From NCBI GenBank assembly GCA_001643675.2, contig LSRY02000036.1:372001-436000 (forward strand): 64,000 nt of DNA, read 5' to 3'. This document shows, piece by piece, positions 27,574 to 39,906 of this stretch (positions are counted from its first letter, which is position 1; each line of letters begins with the position of its first letter). The notes below the pieces were generated by a model. The model saw only the letters and a list, made by a program, of their open reading frames with translations, did not search any database and was not told the DNA's origin. The translations under genes and the position numbers were made by a program. This DNA is from Monocercomonoides exilis PA203 (Eukaryota > Protista > Preaxostyla).

Positions 27574-28190
27574 TCAACCGCTTTGATCGTCATTTCCTTT
27601 GATTTTGAACTTCTGTTCTGCAAAGGCCAATTCATTTCTCATCATAATCATTCCATTAACAACAATTTTCTTTGCTGCTGCAAGCAGAGTGAGGGAGTGC
27701 TTCAAAGGAAAGCAAGGGAATTGGGCAATTCCACAATGTGTGCGATCAGATGCCTCGATGTTATTCACATAAACTTCTTCTGGGGTGAGATGGAGATAGA
27801 TGCAGAGAGGAATGGTAACACTGTTGTTTCCATTGTCATATCCTCTAACTTTGTCAACAGAGTTCAAGGTGGCTGTCACGCATGTGATGTTTTCTGATTT
27901 TGCTGTTTCTTCCAGATTGGGTGAAAGAACAAAGATATCATTCCTCCATTTGGCTGTGTTTGTGCCAAAGGAAGAGGAGATCAGGATATTTGGACATTCA
28001 CCGGATAATCGAAGAAGAATTCCACCACCAAATCCGTTCGACGATGAACAATAGCACCCATCAAAAGATCAGCCTTTCACCTTCGCTTCATTCACTTTTT
28101 CTGGGTATAACTTCATCGATCCTCCATTCACTGAACTTGTGTTTCAATATCCTGATATTGCCCTCGAATTCAGGTCTTAGTCTATTCTAC
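27574..28190 (-). pseudogene. Fragment of beta-helix/PMP-like surface protein family
   Basis: SFDGCYCSSSNGFGGGILL...NDIFV...VTIPLCIYL...YVNNIEASDRTHCGIAQFPC contains GG(G/A)I and CG....PC motifs like the family member at 44.7-46.9 kb. Has an in-frame stop. Confidence 0.7.
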
Positions 28191-29186
28191 TATTGAAAAA
28201 ACAAATGTTGACTGTCAACTGCGCACTATTCTATTAAAATAAAAGCATTATTGAATTAAAAATAAAATATAAAATATATTTGTAAAAATTAAATGGAAAC
28301 CACTAAATTTATTTGGTTTACAGATGCATCGAATATGTGTGTTTCATCTTTGCAATTGTGTTAAGATCAGGCTCATAATGCAAGCGAAAAATACTATTCA
28401 AATGAAAATTTGAAATAACATTGAAAATAGAGTTTTTCATAAAAAGAATCGAAACACACCTTGTTTATTTCAAAAATCCACAATTGCATAACTATCCATG
28501 CTAATAAAACCTTTTCACATTGCAATACTGAAATTTTAATTTTGATCAAAAAATATGATACATAATTTTTTGATTCGGAATATTTCTTTTCATTTGGAGG
28601 TTTGCAATGAACTTGCTAGCATTGTTGCAAAACAATCATTTTTTCATGAGAATTATGGAAACGGAGTGTTTTTGAATTAACCTTCATGGGATTAATTTTT
28701 GATCTGCAGCGACTTTTCAAAAATAACGACCCAGATTATTAAAATTTCGATATTGAATAAAGATAAAAATTTCGTTTGAATGTTTTTCGACTTTGCTTTT
28801 AAGTTTTTCGATTGAGAACAATTTTTGGTGTATTTTTAGAAGATTTTTTAGACAAAGAGAAATAACAGGTTTTGAAAGACAGCAAACTTTAAATCATCAT
28901 GAAGTGATGTCTTTTGTTTGCCATCAAAGCAAAAACGTTGGAAAATGCTGAAGTGTGTCTCAAATCAACAAGCAATAAAATTTACAAACAGATATAAATT
29001 GAATGCAGAGATACAAAAACGAAAATCATAAAGCAATAAAATATCTTTCATTTTTTTCAGAAAAAAATGAAAAGTTGTACCAAAAAATAAGAAGAAATCA
29101 AAAAAGATTGACATGACGTTCATTTCAATTGTTGCATGGTATTTGTTCAGTCATCCACACAGCAGCCGAACAATCAAAGCAATCAC

Positions 29187-31118
29187 TCAAACCTTGCAAT
29201 CCCCTTTCATCCATTCCGGAACCTCGCTCTCAACATAGTTTTTCCAAAATGTCTTCATCGTCCACCCTTCCTTGTTGCTGATGTTTGCATCGTGCCTCAT
29301 CCACTCCGGCGGTTCGCTCTTAACATTCGCAATCCACAGCATCGCCATCGTCCTCCCGCTCTTGTCCACTTGTGTCGTTCTGTGCCTCATCCACTCTGGC
29401 GGTGCTGTCTTCACCCACGTAATCCAGTGCATAGCCATCGTCATTCCATTCTGGTCAATAAATATTGATCCGTGCCGCATCCACTCCGGCGGCTCTGTCT
29501 GAACATCCCCAATCCAATGCATCGCCATCGTCCATCCGTTCTCATCTCCAACCGTAACCTCGTGCCGCATCCACTCTGGTGGTTCTGATTTGACGTGTCT
29601 GATCCAGTGCATCGCCATCGTCCACCCGTCCTTGTCCACTTGCATCCCCCTGTGTCTCATCCACTCCGGCGGCTCTGTTTTCACGTTCACAATCCATGTC
29701 ATCGCCATCGTTCTCCCATACATGTCCCCACGCCCCACATCGTGCCTCATCCATTCCGGAGGTTCGCTCTTCGCATTCTCTATCCACAGCATCGCCATTG
29801 TTCTTCCTTCCTCGTCTCCCTCTGTCGCCTCGTGCCTCATTTCCTCTGGAGGCTCTGCTTTTTTTTCAACAATCCAGTTCATCGCCTCTGTTCTTCCATT
29901 TCTGTCATAACCTTTCGCTTTGTCCTTTCCTCCCTCCAAACTTTCGCATTTTCTCTCATTTTCACAGCTCGTTCTTTCTCTTCTCTTTTCTTTATCGTGA
30001 GGTGCTTTGTCCGCCTTCATCCACTCAGGAGGGTTTGTTTTGATGTGCTTTATCCACATCATATCCATCGTCCATCCATCATTGTTCGCAAGCGTTACGT
30101 CGTGCCTCATCCATTCCGGTGGCTCTGTTTTCACACTTTCAATCCAGATCATCGCCATCGTCCATCCATCCTTGTTGCGCAGGGTGATGTCATGTCTCAT
30201 CCATCCCAGAACATTCGTTTTAACTTTACTTATCCACAGCATGGCCATCGTCCAGCCATCATTGTCTGCAAGTGCAGGGTCGTGCCTCATCCATTCCGGT
30301 GGAGTATTTTCTTTCAAAATAATCCAATTCATTGCCATTGTTCTTCCCCAAATATCTTTAAGAGTATTATCATGCCTCATCCATTCTGGTGGTTCTGTCT
30401 TCACATGACTTATCCATAGCATCGCAATTGTACAATCGTTCTTATCTCCGATTTTTATATCATGCCTCATCCACTCTGGTGGTTCAAATTTGAATAATTT
30501 AATCCATAGCATTGCCATTGTGGTTCCATCCTTGTTTACAAGTGTTACGCTGCGCTTCATCCATTCTGGTGGTTCTGCGTTGGCATTTGCAATCCACCTC
30601 AAAGCCTTTGACCATCCATCTTCATCATCAGCAAGTGTAAATTCATGAATCATCCATTCCGGCAGTGCGCTCCCAACATTACTTTTCCAAAGAGTTTCCA
30701 TTGTCTCTCCTTGCTTATCTTTAAGGGCAATGCTGTGTCTCATCCATTCTGGTGGTTCTGTTTTTACGCATTCGATCCACAGCATAGCCATTGTCCTTCC
30801 GCTCCTATCAGCAAGTGTGGGATCATGTCTCATCCACTCTGGTGGTTCTGTTTTTACATGCAAAATCCACAACATGGCCATCGTCCATCCAAAGTAGTCT
30901 GCAAGTGTGCTTTCATGCCTCATCCACACTGGAGGTTCTGTTTTCACATGAAAAATCCACAACATGGCCATCGTTTTATCTTCCCAACCGCCTGTAACTG
31001 ATGTGTCATGTCTCATCCACTCCGGTGGCTCTGTTTTATTATTTTTGATCCAGCTCATTGCCTTTGTATATCCACATCCATCTTTATCAGTATTCATCGC
31101 ATCAACTTTATTTCCCAT
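29187..31118 (-). CDS. Intronless 643-aa protein of twenty ~30-aa tandem repeats (ankyrin-like D..G.T turn, PPEWMRH motif)
   Basis: Intact ATG-to-TGA ORF. Repeat consensus D..G(W/R)TMAMLWI..VKTEPPEWMRH. Confidence 0.9.
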   Translation of the reverse strand: MGNKVDAMNTDKDGCGYTKAMSWIKNNKTEPPEWMRHDTSVTGGWEDKTMAMLWIFHVKTEPPVWMRHESTLADYFGWTMAMLWILHVKTEPPEWMRHDPTLADRSGRTMAMLWIECVKTEPPEWMRHSIALKDKQGETMETLWKSNVGSALPEWMIHEFTLADDEDGWSKALRWIANANAEPPEWMKRSVTLVNKDGTTMAMLWIKLFKFEPPEWMRHDIKIGDKNDCTIAMLWISHVKTEPPEWMRHDNTLKDIWGRTMAMNWIILKENTPPEWMRHDPALADNDGWTMAMLWISKVKTNVLGWMRHDITLRNKDGWTMAMIWIESVKTEPPEWMRHDVTLANNDGWTMDMMWIKHIKTNPPEWMKADKAPHDKEKRRERTSCENERKCESLEGGKDKAKGYDRNGRTEAMNWIVEKKAEPPEEMRHEATEGDEEGRTMAMLWIENAKSEPPEWMRHDVGRGDMYGRTMAMTWIVNVKTEPPEWMRHRGMQVDKDGWTMAMHWIRHVKSEPPEWMRHEVTVGDENGWTMAMHWIGDVQTEPPEWMRHGSIFIDQNGMTMAMHWITWVKTAPPEWMRHRTTQVDKSGRTMAMLWIANVKSEPPEWMRHDANISNKEGWTMKTFWKNYVESEVPEWMKGDCKV

Positions 31119-31754
31119 TTCCTTGTTATTTTATGTGAACTGCAATTGCTTGTCGCTAGCAAACAAGCGATTCAACAAATATGTTTGATCTTTCAAGAAT
31201 TCTGTTTCGTTATGGGTTGACGCCAATATTTCGAAATTTTTATCGAACATTTCTTGAAACATTTTATACAACGAGAAAAAGAAGAATTTATGGAAAAAAA
31301 TTTTTTATTTCAAATATTCAAAGTTTATTCAAGATTTCCCAGTTCATTTAGACTAAAAATTTTTATTCCAAAAAAGTGTTATAAAATTCAAGTTAATCAT
31401 TTTTCAAAAATTTGAAAACCTCTTTTAAAGAAAGAAGTGTGGAAAAACCATGAATGGTTCAACACAATCACTTAATATAATCGAAAAAGAAAAAATAATA
31501 AATTTTTGTCAATCTGTGATGGTCTCCAGTTTTAAAAAATTGATTGTCCGAAATTTTCCACTGACGGAGATGGGATATAAAAGAATTGCGTGGTATGCAG
31601 CATTTGAAAGAAAATATTAACAAAAATGCGAGCGGATGAGACGGAATGTGAAATTTGAAGAAGGAAAAAAAAAAAAACAAAAAAGAAAAAGAAAAATTGA
31701 ATTAGATAAATCTAAAATAAAAGCACTTATCATAGATGAGATATATTTATCTAA

Positions 31755-32200
31755 ATATTCAATATTTCAGGATCTGGCTGTATCAGAACAGTAAATAAAA
31801 ATATGGAACGTGCCTGTGTGCTTGAGTGTTTATTCCCTTCATGTTCTCTGACAAACCAACATGGCGGAGGGATGTATTGCTCACATGTTCCAATCACACA
31901 ATTCAAAATGAGGTGCCTCCAGTTCATTTCGTGCAACGCAACATCAACTGGCAGAGGATTGGATTTTAATCCAAGTTAATCAGAAGCTCCAAGCAACAAT
32001 CATTATTGCTATTTCTTCTTCTTCCACGATTGCAGATGCACAACCACTACCACTCCATATGGCCACGATGTGTATTTTGAAGATCGATACAATCTCTTCT
32101 CATCGAACAACCCGTTCTATGAGTCTTATGCAACAACCACTAATGAAAAGAGAGTGCGCTATTGGGTAAATGGAGCATATCCACATACAGAAAAGAAAAT
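31755..32200 (+). pseudogene. Fragment of beta-helix/PMP-like surface protein family
   Basis: CVLECLFPSCSLTNQHGGGMYC...QFISCNATSTGRGLDFNPS*...FFHDCRCTTTTTPYGHDVYFEDRY...NPFYESY. One in-frame TAA; truncated by the TTC tract. Confidence 0.7.
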
Positions 32201-32547
32201 TCTTCTTCTTCTTCTTCTTTATCTTCTTCTTCTTCTTCTTCTTCTTCTTCTTCTTCTTCTTCTTCTTCTTCTTCTTCTTCTTCTTCTTCTTCTTCTTCTT
32301 CTTCTTCTTCTTCTTCTTCTTCTTCTTCTTCTTCTTCTTCTTCTTCTTCGTTTTCTTCTTCTTCGTTTTCTTCTTCTTCTTCTTCTTCTTCTTCTTCTTC
32401 TTCTTCTTCTTCTTCTTCTTCTTCTTCTTCTTCTTCTTCTTCTTCTTCTTCTTCTTCTTCTTCTTCTTCTTCTTCTTCTTCTTCTTCTTCTTCTTCTTCT
32501 TCTTCTTCTTCTTCTTCTCGTCTTCTTCTTCTTCTTCGTCTTCTTCT
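32200..32547. repeat. (TTC)n/(GAA)n microsatellite, about 115 units
   Basis: Direct reading; few interruptions. Confidence 0.97.
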
Positions 32548-32549
32548 CA

Positions 32550-33498
32550 TTTTTTATTTGTCTTCATCTGTTGACAATATGTCTTTCCTTCACCTTTCCT
32601 TCAATAAAATATTTCATTCCTCTTCCGCCTTCTTTCTCTTCGTCTTTCTCCTCTTTCTCCTCCTCCTCTTCTTCTCCAAAGAATATTTCAAATGATGAAT
32701 TAAACAAAGCAATTTCTTTCATTTTCAACAAAGTTAACAGAATTTCTGATTCTTCTGCTGTTTCTGTTTTTTGATGAAATGAACGAGATTAAAAGATCAC
32801 CCTCTCTTCATTTGGCTCACAGAAAGGCAGAGCAAAACACAGAAAATGATTCATTTGTATTCAATCAGCAATATCAGCAGTTGGAGAAGGAAAGGGAGAG
32901 GGAGAAGGAGAAGATATAAAAAAAAAATAAAGAAGACGAAGGAAATGATGAAGCAGAGGAGAAAAAAGGTGAAGGAGAAGAAGAGGAAGAAGAAGAGGAA
33001 GAGGAAGAGGAAGAGGAAGAGGAAGAAGAAGAAGAAGAAGAAGAAGAAGAAGAAGAAGAAGAAGAAGAAGAAGAAGAAGAGGAGGAGGAGGAGGAGGAGG
33101 AGGAGGAGAAGGAAGAAAAAGAAGAAGAAGAAGATTGATTTTCTATTTGATTGTTTCGTTTAGCAGGTCTGGGACGAGAAGGAGGACGAGAAGAAGAAAG
33201 AGGAAGAGGAAGAGAAGAAGAAGAAGAAGAATGAGAAGAAGGAAAAGAAGGAGGAGGATGATGAAGATGATGAAGAGGAAGAGGAAGAGGAAGATAAAAG
33301 CGGTGATGATGCTGACAGGGAAAAGGAGATTGATGCTGATGATGAAAATGATGACAGAAGTGAAGAAGAAGATGATGGCTCTTCTGAAAGTGAAGAAAAA
33401 GAAGATAGGCCAGCAAACAGCAAAATGAAAAAAACAAGTCAAAATAAGAAATCAAATGTATCTCAAGCAAGACAACAAAGGAATATGATGAAGATGAA

Positions 33499-33543
<45 letters not shown>

Positions 33544-34200
33544 ATGAGAAGGCATAGAATCAACAGATGAAATACAAATAGGTTTCACAATGATTGCGAA
33601 AAGAGGATAAAATTTGCATTCTTCAATTTCATTTTGAATTGGCAAAGAAGACGGAAAATGGGAAATTCGATCAAAATTGCTGGGTTTTTTGCTGGCAAAC
33701 TGCAAAAGATGGCTTGATGGATATTTTGAGGGATGAAGAAGAGAATTATAAAATGGGTTCGGAGAAATTGTCTTCGGAGAAATAGAATTTGTTGAAATTG
33801 AAGAAAATGAAGAATTTGAAGGATCTTCGAAGAGATTGATGGAAAAAGCGTTGAAGAAGAAGGAGAAAGAAGGAGAAATGGAATTGATGCGATTGAGAAA
33901 TAGAGGAAGAATGATGGAAATAAGTGAAGTTGAGGAAGAAGAAGAAGGTGAAGAAAGCGATGACGATGAGGTTGGCAATACATTCAGTGGGATTAAAAGA
34001 AGATGCACAGAAGAAGTAGGCTTTTCTGTTGGAAAGTTATGTTGAATACAGAAATAAAAGGAACAATTGATGAAACATTGTTCATCCATTTGGCTGTTCT
34101 ATTGAATTCAACTGAGCATGAAATGCTCAATCAAACAAGACAAATCGAATAATTCGATTTTTTCTTTCATCTGAGCTGACGGTATTATCAGAACATGAAT
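32550..34200 (-). pseudogene. Decayed low-complexity gene fragment with GAA/GAG/GAT tracts
   Basis: ORF 33463-34089 and a protein-like frame at about 32570-32830, separated by purine-triplet tracts (32970-33135, 33490-33543), with frameshifts. Confidence 0.4.
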
Positions 34201-35191
34201 CATTGAATTTGGTTCCCCTTCATTCAGATTGAATGCGATTCAAAAAAAGAAAGACGAATTCCTTCCATTGAAGACTGTTCATTGTTTTCACCCAAATAAG
34301 AAATGGCGATTTGTGCGCAATCTTTGTGTTTCTCAAGGCCAAGTTGCTTTTGCTGTTTCCTTTTTTCCATCTCACTTTGTCTGAAAGAAAACAGTTTTTT
34401 CTGTTGAATTTGCAAAACAATTCGCAGTTTAAAAAAAGGTCATTTTCTGCTTCTTCTTTTGTTGTGTCTTTGTCTGATTTTCAAAATGAAAAGCTTTGTT
34501 GTTGAAGTTGGCCTCTCAAATTAAACTTTTTTTCTTATTTCCATATTCCAAATGTCATTTTGGGCTTGTCGAATTTTGTTCCATTCTTTCTTCATATTAC
34601 TTTGTTCTGCATTCGTATCATTTTGAAACAATTGCTCTTTTCTTTTGTTTTGCTAATCCTTTTTGACTGTTAAATTCTTTCATCTTCAACAGTTCAACGA
34701 GTCATTTTTATAAGAAAGTTAAAAAGAAGGCAAGTTAAAAATAGATAACAACGCAAAGGTGTGCAAACATTTGTTCTCCTTGTTTCAGTCAGAATTGTTG
34801 AAGCCAAATGAGAAAAATATTTTCGTTCAGAATCGTTTTATTTAACATGTTTCTAATTTTTCGTAAAAAGAATTTCATTTGCTTCTTTGAAGTGATTGTA
34901 ATTCCAATCTCAGAATGCATTTGCTTCGAATTGAAAAAAGACAAAGGAAAATATCATCAAAATGAATTTCTGTTGGTTTGATCAAAAAGAAACAAAAACG
35001 TTTTCCATTCTTTCCTCGTTCAGCCGAACTCTGCTGTCTCGTTGAACTTTTATTGCAAAAACAATTGTTTTATAGAGCAAAGCAATTTGTGTTGAAGTTG
35101 CACTTGCTTCTTGAAAGAAAATAAATGATGTTTGAATTTTTCGTTTATTTTGCTGAGAAAAGAATGAATATGAACATGTTATTCACTGAAT

Positions 35192-36655
35192 ATGATAAAC
35201 AGAAAGGGTTTTGGAGCAAATAATAAATCTGCCGATGAGCTCAAAAAGATAACATCAAACGAACATTTTTTAGGTTTGTTCATGATTCTGTGATTTGAAG
35301 CCCAATTCTGTTTGTTATTTTATAATTTTCGAAGAATTTCTTCGTGAGCTGGGACGTTGCGATGAGAATGCACAAAGACAGAAAATTGAAGAAATGAATG
35401 AAATAATTGAAGAAATGGAGGAAGAAGAATTCAAATCTGTCTTCACAAAAAAATGGTTCGATGAAATGGATGAATTGATTAAAGAAGAGAAACTTTCGAT
35501 GAGAAATGTGATTTTTCTGTTGAAGCAAATCGGGCATTGCTATGAGCTGAAAAATATGTGGAATCGATGCTTTGAAAAATCTTTGTTGTACCAAAGATTT
35601 GAGAAAATGATTATAAATGAAAATGAAAAGATAGAAGATAAGGATGAAAGGCTTCTGGTTGATCTTTGTGAATGCTATGCTTCCTTAAGATCCTACTTCC
35701 CAAAGGAATTGATTTCAATCATTGTACCTTGCCTTCTTAAAGTTGCTTTGAGGAAAGAGGAAAGCAAAGAAGTCCAGAACGAAGTGGAAATGACATTGTT
35801 GGCTTTATGTCACATTGAGAAATGTGTTGTATGATTTTTCTTTACTCTCTTTGCTGAATTGATTTTGCTTTTTTTTTTTAATATTTTTATTAGGAAATGA
35901 ATAAAGAATTGCATATGAATGAGATCAAAGAAATCATCAAATATCATCAAGAACATCACAATCTAACACAACTTGCGTATCAATATGCTTGGGAGTTTTT
36001 GATCAACAGATTATTCTGCGACACATCTTTGGAAGATGTTGTTGTGAATGAACTGCATTTTGCGAGAGAAGCAGCAAGAGAATTAGAAGAGCTGACAAGA
36101 TGTGTGGATTGGAAGAGAAAAAAAGAAGAAAGAAGAAAAGAAACGAAAGAAGAGCTTGCGATGACAAGGTGGCTCAACTTATTGTATCGTAATTTTTGCT
36201 ATCGTCCGTTGATGAATAAAGAATATTCTGGGATTATCCGAAGCATTGCACTGTTATTCAGAGCATCAAGGGATAATTACAGCAAATTTGGCTACAGTTG
36301 CATTGTTATTTTCGAAGCAATGGCAAATAGCAGAGGAGTGAAAATTGAAGACATGTTAAAAGGTGGAGCAATTGATGCATTTTTGGAAGAGATGCATCGT
36401 CCAACGTTGAATGACAAGATGGTATATAACTGCTTGGAATTTTTTATGAATGTTTCACAGAGATTGAAAGAAAAGAAGAAAGATGAAATGGAAGAAGCGA
36501 AAAGAAAAGCTTTTAAAAAGGAGATTTCTGAAAAGATGGAAGAAGTCGGATCTGAAGAAATCATTGCAAGTTTCCACAAGAGATTAGATTTTCTTAACAG
36601 AAATTTTTGTCATGGCTTATTGTTGAATATTTCTGATTATTTTGTAAATGTTTAA
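35192..36655 (+). CDS. Member of an expanded lineage-specific alpha-helical family (KEIIKYHQEHHNLTQLAYQ motif)
   Basis: Exons 35192-35273, 35335-35828 and 35894-36655, joined by phase-consistent GT-AG introns. Paralogs at 38.4 and 11.1 kb. Confidence 0.85.
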
Positions 36656-38380
36656 AAAAACGAATGTGTTGCGCTTTGAAATTCGACAACTGAATTTTTT
36701 CTTTTTCTTTCTTTTTTTTTCCCATTTTGTCACAAAAAATCATGTGAATATTTTTTATTGTTTATTTTTTTCCAATTTCCAAAAAGAAAAAGAAAAAAAT
36801 ATTGAATTGACTGTTCAAAACTCTTTTTTCTTCATCAAAAGTCTTCTTCAAATGATTTATCCATTCATCAATTTCATGAAAAAATAAAGAACATTCATTT
36901 GTTCATTCATCAACTTGAAAAGTCTCTTTTCTGATCCTTTGAGGAGTTTATTATCTTTCAGATTCTTCCTTGGCTTTTCCTTGTTTCATAAGATCTCATT
37001 GAAACTGAAGATGAGAAATTAAAACCCTGCAGACAAATAAGGAGTTTCAAAAACGAATGCATATGGAAAGATGAAGATGCTTTCTTTTGGCTATTTGAGA
37101 GTTGAAAGCCTCTTGTCATCCAAAAATGTTCGCTTTCATTTCCCCATTTTCTCTTTCTGTTTCGTCTTCCAATGCGCCTTGGCAAGCAGTCATTATGAAT
37201 ATAGCATTCACAGTGAATTCCATATGAGTGAGAGAGAAAAGAAGACTTCACAAAGAATGAATAAGTGGAATAAGAAGTTATAAAATAGAAATGATCAAGA
37301 TGTTGAAGAAAGATGACGAAGGAATTGAAGAAAAAGAAGAAGATAGAGAAGGAGAAGAAAAAGAGCAGTTGGTTTCCCTTGCTGTGAAGTTGACTCAAGA
37401 AAGTGGAAGATGACTGTGCTTTTTCTGCAATCAGCCTCCAATCAGTGAAATAATGTTTGCAAATGAAAGTATTTGATAGAAGATGAATTTCCAAAATGTT
37501 CCCTTTCATGCCAGGTGAAAATGTTATTATGTGTGCTTTTTGGCTTTTCTTGACTCGCAAACTGGATTAAGTGGCAATAACAAGCGAAAAAAGAAAATTC
37601 CTCTCCAGAAAGTTCATTGTGAAGCATCAGAAACAAGCAAATCAAGAATGGAGCACTTCAAGCTCCAAAGGAGAAAACGGATTTTCCTTCCACTTCTTCC
37701 ATCCTTTTTCAATTTGATTTCATTTATTTCTGTTTGAGAATGAACTTCAGACAAATCTTGCATTGATGCGCTTTCACTTGCTTTTGCCTGCTTAGCCTGA
37801 AAGAAACAGAATATCAGCTAGTCTTAACTGTGAGTTGTCATCTTTGAAGAAATAATTAACAAAGGGAATAAGGAAGAGGAAGAGGAAGAGGAAAAGACGA
37901 GATTATGAACATTGATGTGATTTTGCATCCAAAGTTAAGACATGAAAGATTCTTCAAAAATACAGTGAGATTTGCAGAAATGCAATGGAAAGTGTCATGT
38001 CACAAACAAGCAAACAGAAGAAAAAGAAGATCGATTGATTGTTGAAATGAAGATAGATGCTGTGTGAATGTGTGAATGAATGAAGGAGAGTGTGTGAGTG
38101 AAGTCGAAGTGGAAGATGAAAATAACATGATTGAATGAAGTGAATGAAGAATGAACAGATTTTGTGGAATATTCTTTGTGTCAAGCAAAACATGTGATTT
38201 AAGAACAAAATCTTTTCTCTTCTTTTCTCTTCTCCACTTTTCTCATTTTCTTTTCTTTGCTCCTTTTCTGTCATCCGCACCTTCTGAATCTCAATTTCCA
38301 TTTCATTCCGTTTCATTCCACTCTTCCTCAGCTTTTCTGTTAGCATGACAGAAGGAATGAAATCAAAAAGAGCATTTGCT

Positions 38381-39906
38381 TTACAGACGCACATGAAGGA
38401 ATTCTGCATTTGAAGTTAAATTATCGTCTCCAATTATCTCTTTAACGAAAAACAGCAGCAATCCGGTTATGCAATCTTCGTATCCTTCTTCTTCCATCTT
38501 TTCAAATAATTCAATTTTTGTTGTCTTTCTTTTCGCTTCTTCCGTCTCATCACCAGTCTTTCCTTTCAACATTTCACAAATTACTTCAAAGAATTCAAAA
38601 TATTCTCCGATATGTTCATCTTTAAATGTTGCTTGCCTTATTTCCTCCAAAAATACATCAACAACTCCGCCTTTCAACAAATCGCCAATTCGTGTGTCTC
38701 TATTTTCCGCAAATATTCTCAAAGAATAAATGCACCAGTTGCTGATTTCTTCATTGTTCTCCTTTGCCATTCGAAGCAGTTGAATAATGCTGCTGATAAG
38801 CTCAACATTTCTTTCGTTCCACAATTTGTGGGAGGATAAAAATGTGTATAATAATCGGAGCCATTTCATCAAAACAAAATGGTCTTTTGTTTCTTCTTCT
38901 TTTCTCGACCAATTCACATTTCTTGCCAGCTCTTCCAGTTCTCTTGCTGCCTCTCTCGCAAAATGAAGTTCTTCAGCAATTGCGCCATTCAAACAATAAT
39001 CTCTGAATAATCTTTGAATCAAAAACTCCCAAGCTGATTGATACGCAAGATGGGTTAGATTGTGATGCTCCTGATGATATTTGATGATCTCACTGAGTTC
39101 ATCCAAAAACAATTCTTTTTCGACCTACAAAGATTAGAAAAAGATGGGGGGAAAAAAATACATCAAAAAGGAAATTGAAGTGCTCATCCGTAAATCATGC
39201 CAGCGTAACTCAAAGCCAGCAAAACTATTTCCACTTCTTTTTGTACCTCTTCGCTTTCATCTTTATTCAACGCAACTTTCAGAAGATAAGGCACACAAAA
39301 CGATATCGACCCGGATGAAAGCTCATTGAAAAGAAAGACATTGCATTCGCAAAGATCAACAAGAAGCTTTTCATCCTTATCTTCTTCCTTTTTTTTTTCT
39401 TCATCAAAAATCATCTTTTCAAATCTTTTGCTCAACGAAGTTTTTCTGAATTCAGAAACCCGCATATTTTTCAACATTTTGCAATATCCAATGTGCTTCA
39501 TCAGCAAGACAGACTTTTCCATCGCCAAATTCTTTTCTTCGATCATTTTGTACACTTTATTGAGCATTTCTATCGTGAATATGGATTCAAACTCTTTTCT
39601 GCCCATTTTCTCAACTATTCTCCTTATTTCCTCGATTTTCTGTTTCTGTTCATCCTCATCGCAATCTTCCAACTCAGAAAACTCCTCTTCAAAAATCACA
39701 AAAACATTCAAATCATTGAAAATTTTATCAAAGTTAAAAAACCACAAACTTGAAAACTTTTCCGTAAGCTCTGATTTGAATTCTTCAACATCTTCACCAT
39801 CAAATTCGTTTTCCCTTTTTTCTTCATAATTATCAACGATGTTAAAATTATTTTTTTTCATGTCTTTCTCATCTTCAAAGTTAAATATTGGAATTGTTTT
39901 GCTCAT
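38381..39906 (-). CDS. Paralog of the same helical family; second splice donor looks mutated (possible recent pseudogene)
   Basis: ATG at 39906, 63-nt intron 39749-39687, last exon 39124-38381. The phase-0 donor reads GGATGA (39189-39184) where the paralog has GTATGA. Confidence 0.75.

Larger units (their letters stand above)
20529..28732. mobile_element. 8.2-kb non-autonomous TIR element, 4-bp TSD AGAT, filled with gene fragments
   Basis: Left GGGTCATTCTTTTTGAAAAGTCGC; right reverse-complement GGGTCGTTATTTTTGAAAAGTCGC (22/24). AGAT at 20525-20528 and 28733-28736. Confidence 0.75.

Noticed and set aside
29187-31118. CRISPR-like or DGR-like array (90-bp periodicity)
   Set aside because: The repeats are in-frame coding units with synonymous variation. 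There are no unique spacers, and no cas or reverse transcriptase genes nearby.
18100-31350. Weak AT-rich similarities (18.1 vs 31.3 kb inverted; 18.64 vs 28.54 kb direct)
   Set aside because: They are short and low-complexity, with no definable termini or TSD.
32070-33563. Poly-Leu/Phe/Ser/Glu/Lys ORFs in the ORF track
   Set aside because: They are artefacts of stop-free trinucleotide microsatellites.
36958-37900. Possible decayed gene remnants here, at 40.3-40.9 kb and at 43.1-44.6 kb
   Set aside because: They look coding-derived but are too degraded to assign a frame, boundaries or family.
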